A stretch of 64,000 nt of DNA, from the NCBI GenBank assembly GCA_049510745.1, contig JBEKYR010000007.1:126308-190307 (forward strand). The letters are read 5' to 3'. This stretch comes from Verrucomicrobiota bacterium. Its GTDB lineage: Bacteria; Verrucomicrobiota; Verrucomicrobiia; Limisphaerales; Palsa-1400. The position numbers and the translations under genes were made by a program. Under the pieces are notes generated by a model. It saw only the letters and a program-made list of their open reading frames with translations, was not told the origin of the DNA and made no database searches. Positions 11,434-21,701 of this stretch are shown here, piece after piece (the first letter of the stretch is position 1; every line of letters starts with the position of its first letter).

Positions 11434-11467
11434 CGGTAAGACTACTCTTACCGCGCGCTTCTGTCAA
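11434..11467 (-). promoter_or_regulatory. Sigma70-type promoter with overlapping palindromic operator for vapBC
   Basis: Minus strand TTGACA-17 nt-TAGTCT-6 nt-ATG; perfect inverted repeat CGGTAAGA-ctac-TCTTACCG (11434-11453) covers the -10. Confidence 0.8.
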
Positions 11468-11542
11468 TCCCCGCGACATCTCCGCGGCTTTGCCCTTTTC
11501 AAGCAGGGAGCGATCTCCACAAACAGGGCGCGATCTCTAAAA

Positions 11543-11564
11543 CATACTGTCATATGACAGCATG
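11543..11564. promoter_or_regulatory. 22-bp near-perfect palindrome, candidate operator
   Basis: CATACTGTCATATGACAGCATG with perfect 14-bp core CTGTCATATGACAG, in the divergent intergenic region. Confidence 0.45.
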
Positions 11565-11727
11565 GCAGATCAGCAATCGCGGTTCTTCCGGTTCTCTGTC
11601 CAATACTCTTTTCTCTGCGCTCTTTGTTCTCTGCTCTTTGCGCTAGAGTGGCGCCTGCCGGTTTTCGGATAAACCGGCTTTCATCCGCAGTGCGGGTGCG
11701 CTACGCTCGTCGGCGCACAGCGCGACC

Positions 11728-13722
11728 ATGTCTGATCGGACTCCAAAATGGCTGGCCGCCGGCCGCCCCGGATGGACGGTCGCAGTCCTGCTGCTCTGCC
11801 TCCTGTTTCTGCCGGCGCACGCGCAACCGACCAACCGCCAGATGCGCTTGCGCGTCGTGGACGCTGATACCGGACAGCCGTTGGCCGGCGTCAAAGTGCG
11901 GATGTGGGTCAGGACGAATCTGGTCACGGACGACACGGGCGCTTGCTCCTTTCCGTTGCCCAATCCCGGCGCCGGGAGCTTTTCCTATCGTATCACCCTC
12001 AGCAAGGAGGGCTGCGTGGGCAAATACATCACCTGGTCCAGCGCCCAGCATGACCGGGTCGAGGATATGCCCGCCGAATACACCGCCAATCTGGAGAAAG
12101 GCGTCATTCTCGGCGGCTTTGTCAAGAATGAAATGGGCGAGCCGGTCCCGGGTGCGCGGATCATCTTTTCCGGCCCGCCTCCCGCCACCGAGGGCGAGCG
12201 GGAACGCACCGTCGTCGCCCCCAATTACCACGCCGAACGGACCGACGCCGACGGCCACTGGCAATTCTCCGAAGTGCCAAAGGATTTCCGCAACCTGATC
12301 TTCCGCGTCATTCAAGGCGAATACGTCCCGGCCATTTTCACCTGCGAGCAGGCGGGACTGCCCGACGACGTCATCGGTTTGCCGGAGAAGGATTTTCTGG
12401 CGGGGACCGCCGCGATGATTTTGGGGCATGGGATCGAACTGGCGGGGCTGGTGGTCGATGCCTCAGCCAAACCGGTGCCCGAAGTGTCGATTACGCGCAA
12501 TCACGAATGGCGCAACCCGGCCGCCACCCTGGCCACGGATGCCGCGGGCCGTTTTAAGATCGTCAACTTGCGTCCCGGCGAGTTGATCCTCACTTTCCAG
12601 GCCAGGGGGCTGACGGCGCAAACCCAGCAACTGACCTTGAGCAATGCCATGCCCGATCTGAAAATCGCAATGAAGCCGGCCCAGCCTCTCTTGGGCAAAG
12701 TCGTGGATGACACCGGCAAACCGCTCGCCGGCGCCAGCGTGCAAATGGACCGCCTGGACCTCGGCCCGCTGGAGTACGACTGGGGCACGACCACCGACAG
12801 CGAGGGCCGTTTCCTCTGGGACGCCGCTCCCGAAGGCGGCCATCCCTACTATTTCTCCGCCGCCGGCTGCCACCCCCGCTCCGAGCCGTTCCTCATCGCC
12901 GACGGCCGCGAAAAGATCATCACCCTGCGCCGCGCGCGGGACGGGGACAAAACTATGGTTGACGGCAGGGTTGTGGAGGCCGTTTCAAAAGCGCCGCTCA
13001 AAGAGTTCACCGTCAACATTGCGGAGTTCAAGGACGGGGCCGTCTCCCGTTTTCAAAAAACGGTTTCGGACACCAACGGCAGCTACTCCGTGGCCGTCGA
13101 TCCGTCCGCCGCCGCCTTCGCCATCCAGATCGAGGCCCCGGCCTTTGTGCCCAATGCCGCCAACCGGAAATCGCCCAGGGATGGCGACGTGCGGCTCGAT
13201 TTTGAAATGGAAACCCTCTCCACCAACATCGCCGCCCCGGAAGGCGGCGCGGGCAAAACTCCGATGGAATTTGACCTTCCGCCCAAAAAGGTCCTCAAAC
13301 CGGGCGATCTGGCGCCGGCGTTCGAGGTCAAGACCGTGGATGGACAGCCCTTGCGGCTGGCGGATTTCCGGGGCAAATACGTCCTGCTCGATTTCTGGGC
13401 CACCTGGTGCGGGCCGTGCGTCGGCGAAACCCCGCATCTTAAAGCCGCCTTCGCCGCTTACGGCGCCGATCCGCGCTTCGCCATCATCGGCCTGAGCCTG
13501 GACAGCGCCGCCGCCGCGCCCAAGGATTACGCGCGCAAAAACGAAATCAAATGGACGCAAGGCTTCCTCGGCGTATGGTCGCAATCGGCTGTGACGTCCT
13601 TGTATGGTGTTGACGGCATCCCCGCGATCTTTCTGATTGGGCCGGACGGAAAAATCATCGCCTGCGACCTGCGCGGCGAAGAAATAAGCGCCGCTGTGGG
13701 CCGGGCGCTGGGGAGTCGATAA
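11728..13722 (+). CDS. Secreted protein with carboxypeptidase-regulatory-like repeats and C-terminal TlpA/redoxin domain
   Basis: Signal peptide; repeated G.VVD..GKP.AGA....TD..GRF units; LLDFWATWCGPC, IPAIFLIGPDGKI. Confidence 0.88.
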   Translation: MSDRTPKWLAAGRPGWTVAVLLLCLLFLPAHAQPTNRQMRLRVVDADTGQPLAGVKVRMWVRTNLVTDDTGACSFPLPNPGAGSFSYRITLSKEGCVGKYITWSSAQHDRVEDMPAEYTANLEKGVILGGFVKNEMGEPVPGARIIFSGPPPATEGERERTVVAPNYHAERTDADGHWQFSEVPKDFRNLIFRVIQGEYVPAIFTCEQAGLPDDVIGLPEKDFLAGTAAMILGHGIELAGLVVDASAKPVPEVSITRNHEWRNPAATLATDAAGRFKIVNLRPGELILTFQARGLTAQTQQLTLSNAMPDLKIAMKPAQPLLGKVVDDTGKPLAGASVQMDRLDLGPLEYDWGTTTDSEGRFLWDAAPEGGHPYYFSAAGCHPRSEPFLIADGREKIITLRRARDGDKTMVDGRVVEAVSKAPLKEFTVNIAEFKDGAVSRFQKTVSDTNGSYSVAVDPSAAAFAIQIEAPAFVPNAANRKSPRDGDVRLDFEMETLSTNIAAPEGGAGKTPMEFDLPPKKVLKPGDLAPAFEVKTVDGQPLRLADFRGKYVLLDFWATWCGPCVGETPHLKAAFAAYGADPRFAIIGLSLDSAAAAPKDYARKNEIKWTQGFLGVWSQSAVTSLYGVDGIPAIFLIGPDGKIIACDLRGEEISAAVGRALGSR

Positions 13723-13752
13723 ACGCGAATGCTTTAGGGACCTTGGAGCGCC

Positions 13753-13802
13753 GGAATTGAAAATTGCAAATTGAGAATTTTCAGTTGGCATTTTTCAATT
13801 CC
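13753..13802. repeat. AT-rich 22-bp inverted repeat (hairpin) downstream of the TlpA gene
   Basis: GGAATTGAAAATTGCAAATTGA ... TCAGTTGGCATTTTTCAATTCC, 3 mismatches. Confidence 0.55.
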
Positions 13803-13971
13803 CTTCCGCTTCACGCCTGGGGGCATCGGCTTCGTCATACTGGGTCAACTTCCCCTATGACCCAATGCCTGCCAAGTCAATCTACAGTTGACAAGAATTC
13901 AAGGGCGGCCCGCTCCCAAAAGAGCTTGACACGAGGCACGCCAGGCCGATAGTGAATCGGATTGGAGAACC

Positions 13972-16161
13972 ATGAACACGATCTGCGTTTCCTGGATCGG
14001 TCGGTCGCGAGCACTTCTGTTTGGCATCGCCCTATTTGGCTTGGTCGGGCCGGGCTTTCGACTCGGGATGGCGGCCGTCTTAACCCATCAGTATTCTTTT
14101 GATACTGGTGTGAATGACGGGATTGGAGGAGCCAACGGGATTCTAACGGGCAATGCAGTCCTTACCAATGGCGCCTTGAGCCTGGACGGCACGAACAGCA
14201 GCTTGCTGTTGCCAAATGACCTGTTCACAAACTACGATTCCATCAGCTTTGAGATCTGGTTCGTTGATCGGCCGCTCAACAAGACCAGCGCGTTGCTCTA
14301 TTATTTCGCCGGGCCGCAGGGCGGGATGAGTAACAACCTCGGCGGGCAAGCCTCTTTCTTCCTCGGCGCAACCACGGATTCCGTCAACTTGAAGTTTCCG
14401 GCGGTTGGTCGGACGAACCATCTGGTTTGGACACAAGACAGCAGCTCGAATACCGCGCGGCTCTACGTCAACGGCTGCCTGGCCGCCGAAAACACCAATT
14501 TCACCTTGACTCCGGCCATGATCGGCTCGACCACAACAAACCGGCTGGGAAGCATGGGCGCCGTTTCGACCTCTTCGAGTTTTAGAGGAAACATCCTGGC
14601 TTTCCGAACCTATCAAGGCGCGCTCACGCCGCTGGAGGTTGCTTTGACTGACAGCCTCGGGGCCGATCACGCTCTGACCGATCCCGGCGCCCTTCAGGAC
14701 GTGCGCCTCCTCCTCACGTCCCCGACCGGGCCGGGGGCCATCTTCCGGACCGCGGTCTTTGCCGATTTCGCGAACGCCACGAATGTGGATGTGAGCACGC
14801 AACCCGAGTTGATGCTCTCCTCGGACAACACAAATGCGGTGGCCATTGCGCCTGACCAGCGATTGCAAACCGTTGGGCTGGGAACAGCAAACGTTACGGC
14901 CAGCTACCTGGGCTTTTCCAACACCGTTGCTCTCCTGGTCAGCGCGCCCGAAGACGTGACGCTCATTCATCGATATAGTTTTGGCGAGGCGGCCAATGAT
15001 TGGATCGTCCATGATTCGGTGGGCCAGTCGCATGGCCGGCTTTTGGGATCGTTTCCTCCTCCGAAGGGCTTTACCGGCAAAGGCGAGCTATCGCTTCCCG
15101 GCACCACATTTTCTTTCCAGTCAGGCGCTTATGTGGCATTGCCCGACGGTATCATCTCCGGTTTGAGTGAAGTGTCGATCGAAGCTTGGGTGACATGGAC
15201 GCTCCGATCTCTCTGGCCGTGGCAAAGGATCTTCGACTTTGGGGATGGGCCTACTTACTTCTTCCTCACGACCGAGGCCAATACCTACCTTCCCGGCACC
15301 AACCACGTGGCGCGCGCCACCATCAGCACCTATTACGAAGGTGCTGAATCACCGCGATTGAATTGGACGAATATCCTCCCGCTCAACGTCACCTCGTACG
15401 TGGCGGTCACTTACAGCCCCGTTCGCGGAGTCGCGAAGTTTTACCTCAACGGCCAGCCGGTCGCTTCCGCCACGGCTTCGATCTTCCTGTCCGCAATCGT
15501 CGATACCAACGACTGGCTGGGAAGATCGCAATACCTGGGAGATAACTATTTTGGCGGCCGCTACGACGAATTCCGCATTTACCGCGGTCTGCTGCAGGAC
15601 TCGGACGTCGCGCAAGATTACACCGCAGGCCCGAATGGGACCGCGCTGCCCTGGCCCGGTCCCCAGGTCTCAACTTTGCCCGCCGCCGCCGTGGCCGCCA
15701 CCACCGCAACGTTGTCCGGATCGGCCAGGCCGAACGGACTTCCCACAACCGTATTCTTTCAGTACGGCACAACCACAAACTATGGCGCCACCATTCCGCC
15801 GCTCGATATTGGCGAAGGCTCCGCATTGGCTCCGGTCTCCATTTCCGTTGCAGGCTTGGCCCCACAAACGCTCTATCATTTTCGCTGTGTGGCGGCCAAT
15901 TCAGCCGCGACTAGCTACGGCGGCGATTTCTCGTTCACCACCGGCTTCAACATCACAAACTACGGACCGCAAAGCGGCGGCGGATTTTTCGTTCAATTCA
16001 GTGCCGTCGCCGGCACAACCTACACCCTCCAATCCTCGACCGATCTTGTCACCTGGTCGAACCTCGCGGCCACTAATGCCGTCGCCGCCGGCAGTTGCCA
16101 GCTTGTCGATAGTGCCGCGGCACCCTCCACCTCGCGCTACTACCGTTTGCAGGCGCCTTAG
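13972..16161 (+). CDS. Secreted protein with two LamG-like jellyroll domains, Ig/FN3-like domains and a C-terminal RYYR-type domain
   Basis: THQYSF/IHRYSF, SIEAWVTW, WQRIFDFG, KFYLNG, WLGRSQY, YDEFRIY; ends YTLQSSTDLVTW...SRYYRLQAP. Confidence 0.85.
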   Translation: MNTICVSWIGRSRALLFGIALFGLVGPGFRLGMAAVLTHQYSFDTGVNDGIGGANGILTGNAVLTNGALSLDGTNSSLLLPNDLFTNYDSISFEIWFVDRPLNKTSALLYYFAGPQGGMSNNLGGQASFFLGATTDSVNLKFPAVGRTNHLVWTQDSSSNTARLYVNGCLAAENTNFTLTPAMIGSTTTNRLGSMGAVSTSSSFRGNILAFRTYQGALTPLEVALTDSLGADHALTDPGALQDVRLLLTSPTGPGAIFRTAVFADFANATNVDVSTQPELMLSSDNTNAVAIAPDQRLQTVGLGTANVTASYLGFSNTVALLVSAPEDVTLIHRYSFGEAANDWIVHDSVGQSHGRLLGSFPPPKGFTGKGELSLPGTTFSFQSGAYVALPDGIISGLSEVSIEAWVTWTLRSLWPWQRIFDFGDGPTYFFLTTEANTYLPGTNHVARATISTYYEGAESPRLNWTNILPLNVTSYVAVTYSPVRGVAKFYLNGQPVASATASIFLSAIVDTNDWLGRSQYLGDNYFGGRYDEFRIYRGLLQDSDVAQDYTAGPNGTALPWPGPQVSTLPAAAVAATTATLSGSARPNGLPTTVFFQYGTTTNYGATIPPLDIGEGSALAPVSISVAGLAPQTLYHFRCVAANSAATSYGGDFSFTTGFNITNYGPQSGGGFFVQFSAVAGTTYTLQSSTDLVTWSNLAATNAVAAGSCQLVDSAAAPSTSRYYRLQAP

Positions 16162-16367
16162 CGCTTCTACCCTGCCGCGAACGGCCGGAAAAACCGCTTA
16201 AGCCCCCGCCAGTTTCCCGCTGAGCATCGGCCCCGTTTGCTGTTTTCTTGAGGATTGGAATTGGGACCGTATCCGCGATGAGATCTTCATCTGATTGGCC
16301 ACGGCGGCCCAATTGAAAGGCCCTCGAATTCATGACGCGCGGTTAACGGCGCACGAGAGGATTTTTT

Positions 16368-17114
16368 TTATTGCCCGGATTGACCGACCGTCGGCGACGA
16401 AATGACGTGTTTCGCTTCCCAAGACTGGAGGTTGTCATCGGATCCGACTATTTGTCCGATTCCGCCCATCATGCCATACACTCTCATCATTCTTCCGTCC
16501 GGGCCTGGCCAGGGCTGTTGCTCACGAACCACAGCCACTGATCCCCACGGAATGCCCTGTAAGTTGTCCAATGATCCAGAGTAAACAATCTCAAATTGAT
16601 TGCTTCCAGACAACGTCCTGTTTTCTTTGGCCAGGTAAGGAGCAAGTTGATCGAGGTTCGAAGGGGATTGGTTCTGATGATCCATAGCATAGTTTTGAAA
16701 TGCCCCCGCAAGATCCCGCGCTTCCGTTGGTTTACTGCCCGCCATTTGGTGCAATTGTTCGTAATATTCCGGCGTGTGTGAGGCCGGACTCGATGCGGGC
16801 TGCGATGGCCGCGACTCATGGCTCTTTCCCCATTGCCGGCCAAGGTCATTCGTTTGCTTTTTAAGCGCCTCGGCCGCACGGCGAAGTTTCGCCAGTTCAG
16901 CCGTGTGGTCCTCCGGAGGCGCGCTCTGGGCTTGGGCGACCAGATTTGAGAGACGTTGGTGTTCCGCAGTCAATGCGGCCAGTTGTTGGTCTTGCTGCCG
17001 CATCAAGGCGTCGCGCTCGCGGAATTTCACCTGGGATTTATACTGAATAACCAGCGCTGCCGCCACTCCGGCGAGGGCGATGCTGGCGAGGGAAATAATT
17101 CTCAATTTTGTCAT
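16368..17114 (-). CDS. Membrane-anchored coiled-coil hypothetical protein
   Basis: MTKLRII plus hydrophobic helix, coiled coil, C-domain YAMDHQNQSPSNLDQLAPY; start ATG 17114 inferred. Confidence 0.65.
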   Translation of the reverse strand: MTKLRIISLASIALAGVAAALVIQYKSQVKFRERDALMRQQDQQLAALTAEHQRLSNLVAQAQSAPPEDHTAELAKLRRAAEALKKQTNDLGRQWGKSHESRPSQPASSPASHTPEYYEQLHQMAGSKPTEARDLAGAFQNYAMDHQNQSPSNLDQLAPYLAKENRTLSGSNQFEIVYSGSLDNLQGIPWGSVAVVREQQPWPGPDGRMMRVYGMMGGIGQIVGSDDNLQSWEAKHVISSPTVGQSGQ

Positions 17115-17143
17115 AGGCGGAAAGGTTGGGACATTGGAAATAA

Positions 17144-17533
17144 TTAATGGGCCAACGTCCACCGGTTGGTGACTCTTTCATCGGCCAGGCGCATGTTGGT
17201 CAGGCCATAGGCCATGCGCGAATCCAGCGCTGGATTTGCCGCGGCTCTCTGGGTGATCACCCAATCGCCACCGGGCTGCAACTCGCTGACCAGGCTGCTC
17301 GCGGGCAGGATTTCGTAACGCTGCAGGATCGCACCATCAATCGGTGATGAGAAATACGGATTGAGTTGCGAAAGATCAGTGGGAAATTGCCCGTTGTTCT
17401 CCTGGACATACTTTCGCAATGCCGAAGACAAAATGTCGAACACCTGGATTTCTGCGTTCGCCCTGAGATTGCTTGCGGCTCGCGCAAAATCATCGTCCGT
17501 AGCGAGGTTTTCGACGGCGCCGAGCCAAGTCTT
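17144..17533 (-). pseudogene. 3' remnant of a paralogue of the neighbouring hypothetical gene, fused in frame to the transposase
   Basis: YVQENNGQFPTDLSQLNPY resembles YAMDHQNQSPSNLDQLAPY of 16368..17114; has no start of its own. Confidence 0.6.
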
Positions 17534-18400
17534 TTCGATGAAAGGCGACTGCCAGGGCGATCGAGGCGCAATGCGGACTTCCTCCAGGCCCAAAACTCGG
17601 GCACGGTTCTGGAATTCCAAGCCGTAAATGCCATTGCGGTCGCGCAACAGGTACTTCGGCGGCGAGGTAAATGCGAAAGCTTCTCGGAGTTGTTGGGCCG
17701 TCCAAACCGCCGAAGGACTCTCCACAACATTGAAATGCAGCACCCGTCGGCGATGATGGCAAAGGACCAGGAAAACGTAGAGCACCTTAAAGTGGATGGT
17801 GGGAACGGTGAGGAAAGCGACCGAAACCATGTTGCCACAGTGATTGCGCAGGAAAGCTTTCCAGTTGTGAGGAGAGGGACGCCGGGTGCGTGGGACCATA
17901 TAGTTGGCGACGGTTCGTTGCGCCAGGTTGATGCCGAGCTTGAGCAACTCGCCGTAAATTCTGGGAGCACCCCATAATGGATTGGCGCGATTTATTTCCC
18001 GAATCAAAGTGATGATGGCAGGGGCGACGATTTTCCGACCGGTTTTTCGCGGACGGCTTTTCCATCGCCAGAAGAGCTGAAACCCTGCTCGATGCCATCG
18101 GATGACGGTGCCGGGTTGAGCCGGGCAGAGCCGGGTTTTCCAACCATCCCAAGCCTGCGAGAGCCGCGCCCACAGGGCCCGGTCGATTGGAGTAAGCCGT
18201 GGTCGGTTGGAACTCCGGCGCAGGACCAGCAGTTGGTGGCGCAGAGCCAGGTTCTCCAGCAATAAGTTCCGGCGGGATTTCAGTCCGGCCACGCCCAGAC
18301 GGATCAGAAGAATTAGCCAACAGATCATGCGGCAGAGGATTCCGGGAAATGTCTTGGAAGCCTAGCGTTTTCAGAAGGGATGGAGTTTTTGCCAACGCCC
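17534..18400 (-). mobile_element. Truncated IS with integrase-core (rve, IS481/IS3-like) transposase
   Basis: ENLALRHQL, TVIRWHRAGF, NPLWGAPRIYGELLKLG, WTAQQLREA, LLRDRNGIYG, SPWQSPFIE, then homology stops; the first catalytic Asp position reads Ala (VSVAFLTV); candidate end at 18377-18400. Confidence 0.85.
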
Positions 18401-18437
18401 GGTAGCGAAAACCCCAAAAATCCTGCGCAAGCGCTGA

Positions 18438-20030
18438 TCAATCGACCTTCTCGAAATAGCAAAGATCGCCATAATCGACCGGCAATGAGAACTTGCCGGG
18501 GCCTGCGTAGTGCTTTCCGTCGAAAGCCTTCCATTGGCCGGCGGGAAGGATCACCTCACGCGAGCGGGCGCCTTTTTCCAAGACCGGCGCGACGAGGATC
18601 TGATCGCCCATAAAGAACTGATCGTTGACCCGTTCGTAGCCTTGATGCGGGAAAACATACTCCATCGGCCGAACCGCAGGCTCGCCGGTCGAAGCCGATT
18701 GACGCACCAGGCGGAGAATATAGTCGATGTGCGCCTGGCGGACCTGAATGGCTTTGAGGACCGCTTTGAGGTGCGGCGGGTCGAGGACGCGCCACGGGGC
18801 CACCGAGAATTGCATCATCGGCATGAGGGCGTGGCATTGGGCGGAACGCACCACCAATTCCTGGTCTATGGTAGATGCCGATTGAAACGATTGGTATTCG
18901 CCGCCGCCGATCATGTCAGGGCAGGAGAAAGGGTAGCCCATCAACCCCGCCAGGATCATGTTGGGAACGAGCTTGCGCAGATCGGTCCAGGAGTGGGCCT
19001 TGTCGCGCAGGCGCTCGGCCAGGGGCTGTCCGCCCATTTTCCACATGGCGCGATATTCGTTCAGTGGGTATTGGAGGCCAATCTTCCCATAAAGCTCGGA
19101 TTGAGTATTTGGCGAGATGAGCCTGGAAGCGATCACACCCTTGTAGAAAGAGCTGTCGCCACCATCGAATTTGAAGCCATCGACTTGATAGGCCGATTGC
19201 AGATAGTCCAGGCGCGCACAAAACCAGGCCACCGCCTGCGGGTTCGAAAAGTCGAGCAAGGCGCTGTAGCCATTCCACCACTTGATGGAGGCAGCGGCGC
19301 CGGAAGGGTCCTTCAAGAGGAGGTTGCGCCTGGCCAGGTCTGGGTAAGCGTCGGAATTGGTGGCGACGAAAGGGCAAACCCACAGCATCACCTTGAAGCC
19401 ACGCGCATGCAGGGTGTTGATCATTCCCTTGGGGTCGGGAAACTTTTCTCTTTTAAAATCCCATTGCCCGTAGTTCTGCTGCCAGTTGTCGTCAACCATC
19501 AGAACTCCGGGAGGAAACCCGTTCATCTCAAGGCCTTGGACGTATTTCAAGATGTCGGCCTGGTTTTGATTGTACATCAGTTCTATCCAGGTGTTGTATT
19601 GGGGCGCCAGAAATAACAGTTCGTCGGGCGCCTTGCCAGCCGGGGGAAAATAGGTCCGGCTGGCGTAGCGAAACGCGTCGCGCAAGGATGAGCCGGCCTT
19701 GGCTCTGTTGACCCGGCCGCCCTTGGATTGGACGACCAGCCCATTCGGGGACAACCGAATGGCTATGGCGTCTTCAGACCAGATGACGTCGCCCTCGCTG
19801 GACAAGAGCAAGGGTTGCCCTTGGTTTCCGTAGGTGTCGCCGCTCAGGTCTGCCTGGTAACCGCAGGCCAGCGGCATCTGGGAACCTTGATCAATGATCC
19901 CTGCCCACCAGCAGGCCTGCGGCGAAACGGCTACCTCGACGCAACTCGTCTGGGTGGCCGGCAAGGGATCGGCCGGGGCCGGGGACGGCAGGAGCGCCAA
20001 GGCCAGCAGTGGAGACAGCCAGTCTTTCAT
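18438..20030 (-). CDS. Secreted GH31 glycoside hydrolase (MYORG/NET37-like branch, probable alpha-galactosidase)
   Basis: Signal peptide; PQYNTWIEL, MVDDNWQ, DGFKFDGG (nucleophile), CPDMIGGG (acid/base), MMQFSVAPWRVL, LVAPVL. Confidence 0.9.
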   Translation of the reverse strand: MKDWLSPLLALALLPSPAPADPLPATQTSCVEVAVSPQACWWAGIIDQGSQMPLACGYQADLSGDTYGNQGQPLLLSSEGDVIWSEDAIAIRLSPNGLVVQSKGGRVNRAKAGSSLRDAFRYASRTYFPPAGKAPDELLFLAPQYNTWIELMYNQNQADILKYVQGLEMNGFPPGVLMVDDNWQQNYGQWDFKREKFPDPKGMINTLHARGFKVMLWVCPFVATNSDAYPDLARRNLLLKDPSGAAASIKWWNGYSALLDFSNPQAVAWFCARLDYLQSAYQVDGFKFDGGDSSFYKGVIASRLISPNTQSELYGKIGLQYPLNEYRAMWKMGGQPLAERLRDKAHSWTDLRKLVPNMILAGLMGYPFSCPDMIGGGEYQSFQSASTIDQELVVRSAQCHALMPMMQFSVAPWRVLDPPHLKAVLKAIQVRQAHIDYILRLVRQSASTGEPAVRPMEYVFPHQGYERVNDQFFMGDQILVAPVLEKGARSREVILPAGQWKAFDGKHYAGPGKFSLPVDYGDLCYFEKVD

Positions 20031-20078
20031 TTGGAATGGGGGTGGGCGCCGGCCGGGCCGGCGCCCCAGCCAACTCAA

Positions 20079-21665
20079 CTACTGATGAAACAGGGCAAAG
20101 AAACAATTCGTGGGCGCGTAACCAAAGGCCGCTTCGAGGGCGGACTGGCTGATGAGGGTCATGCGTTCGGTGCCGGCCACGCTCAACCAGCCTGTCGCGG
20201 CGGATGGCAGGCTCAACCACTGGAAGCTTCCAAGACTGTTCTTCAGATTGTCCGTCGCGTACAGATTGGTGTAGCCCGCGTCCGGCAGCGACCAGGTGAC
20301 CGAGTATTTCCCATCCGCCGGGGTGATCAAGATACCGTTGACGTCGGCCGCATTGAGCGCCCAAGTATTGGAGTCAAGCACGGTGAATTTATCGTCGATG
20401 CCACCGGCCGAGCCGGCGATGGTGACGCGGCTGAGTGTGGAAGACTGCCCGATGTTCCCATTGGCGGTCGGCTCCGATCCGAAATAGGCGTAGAGCGGGT
20501 CCGCAAAAAGCGCCGCGTCCGCGGCGGGCATGCTGAAGTTTGTGCTCGTTCCGTTCGGCGAGGTAATGGTGACGTTGGTATTGTTGTTAAAGCTCAGGCT
20601 CCACTTTCCCACGGGGCCGGAACTATTGGTTACCGTCACCACTGAAACCAAGGTTCCGTCGGAGGGATCGTTGACCTTGTATCCGAATTGGCCGATGGCC
20701 GAGTTGTTTGTCGTCACGCTGACATAGAATTCCACCACGTCCCCCGAATCCCAATCAATGCTATCGTCAATCACGGGGCCGATCATTCCCGCCTGGGGCA
20801 CAAGGTAGAATTGGGTTTGAAATCCAGCGTAATTGGCGCCGGGACAAGCCGCGATGGTCATGGAATAGGTCGTGGTGTTGGAGACGGCCGTGGCGGTGTT
20901 CCAGGAATAATTATTGCTGACGCTCGCGATCATCTGGCGCTGCCAGGTGCCGCCCGGCTGGCTGGCGATGCACGTCAAACCCGCCGGAGGCGCCGGTGAA
21001 ATGGAGAGGCTTGGCCGATTGGTGTGAACGGTGGCCGGCGCCGTGAACACAATATTATCAATCCAATAATTGACAGTATTGGTGTAGGTTCCGCTGCCGT
21101 TGGAGATAAAGCCGATGACCGCTTCGCTATAAGTGCCGGCCGGGATGCCCGAGAAGTAGCCGGTAAAGTGCTGCCAGCCGTTGGTGGCGGCCAGCGGAGC
21201 CCAGCCCACCACGTTTTGCCACGGATTGTTGACAATCAACTCGATGGCGCCGTAGCTTCCATCCAGCGCGGGGAACGAATGGGCGACATCGACCTTTATA
21301 TCCACGTCGAAAGCTATGTAATCCGAGGAGTTGAAAGTCCCGCCGGTGGAAAAGGCTAATTGAACGTCATTCCAACTCTGGTTCCAATTGGGGTCGGTCA
21401 TGAGCGGCCAGTTCACCGTCAGGTACATGGAGCCGCTGTTAGTGTTGCCTTCTGAATCCTGATTAGGATCCCAGACTTCAGCGTAGCTATAGGCGTAGCT
21501 TCTGAAGTTTTGCCAGTCGATGCCGCTGATGCCGGTGTCGAAACTGTTGACGATCAAGTCGTCGGCCACGGCGACGCGAACCGGACCGAGCAGCGCCAGG
21601 CCGGCGGCGGCGAAGAGAAGCCATTGTTGAGGAGTAGATTTGGGTCTCATATTTTGTGCTTTCAT
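20079..21665 (-). CDS. Secreted hypothetical protein with CBM-like N-terminal beta-sandwich
   Basis: Signal peptide; FDVDIKVD...GWQHF...YWIDNIVF; S/T/N-rich; ends CFFALFHQ. Confidence 0.7.
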   Translation of the reverse strand: MKAQNMRPKSTPQQWLLFAAAGLALLGPVRVAVADDLIVNSFDTGISGIDWQNFRSYAYSYAEVWDPNQDSEGNTNSGSMYLTVNWPLMTDPNWNQSWNDVQLAFSTGGTFNSSDYIAFDVDIKVDVAHSFPALDGSYGAIELIVNNPWQNVVGWAPLAATNGWQHFTGYFSGIPAGTYSEAVIGFISNGSGTYTNTVNYWIDNIVFTAPATVHTNRPSLSISPAPPAGLTCIASQPGGTWQRQMIASVSNNYSWNTATAVSNTTTYSMTIAACPGANYAGFQTQFYLVPQAGMIGPVIDDSIDWDSGDVVEFYVSVTTNNSAIGQFGYKVNDPSDGTLVSVVTVTNSSGPVGKWSLSFNNNTNVTITSPNGTSTNFSMPAADAALFADPLYAYFGSEPTANGNIGQSSTLSRVTIAGSAGGIDDKFTVLDSNTWALNAADVNGILITPADGKYSVTWSLPDAGYTNLYATDNLKNSLGSFQWLSLPSAATGWLSVAGTERMTLISQSALEAAFGYAPTNCFFALFHQ

Positions 21666-21701
21666 ACTGTGTTCATTGGGGTTTGATTCTTTGACGGGAG
21701 T

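Noticed and set aside
13744..13762. TGGAGCGCCGGAATTGAAA as a degenerate att copy of the tRNA-Cys 3' end
   Set aside because: Needs several gaps to align and is better explained by the local hairpin
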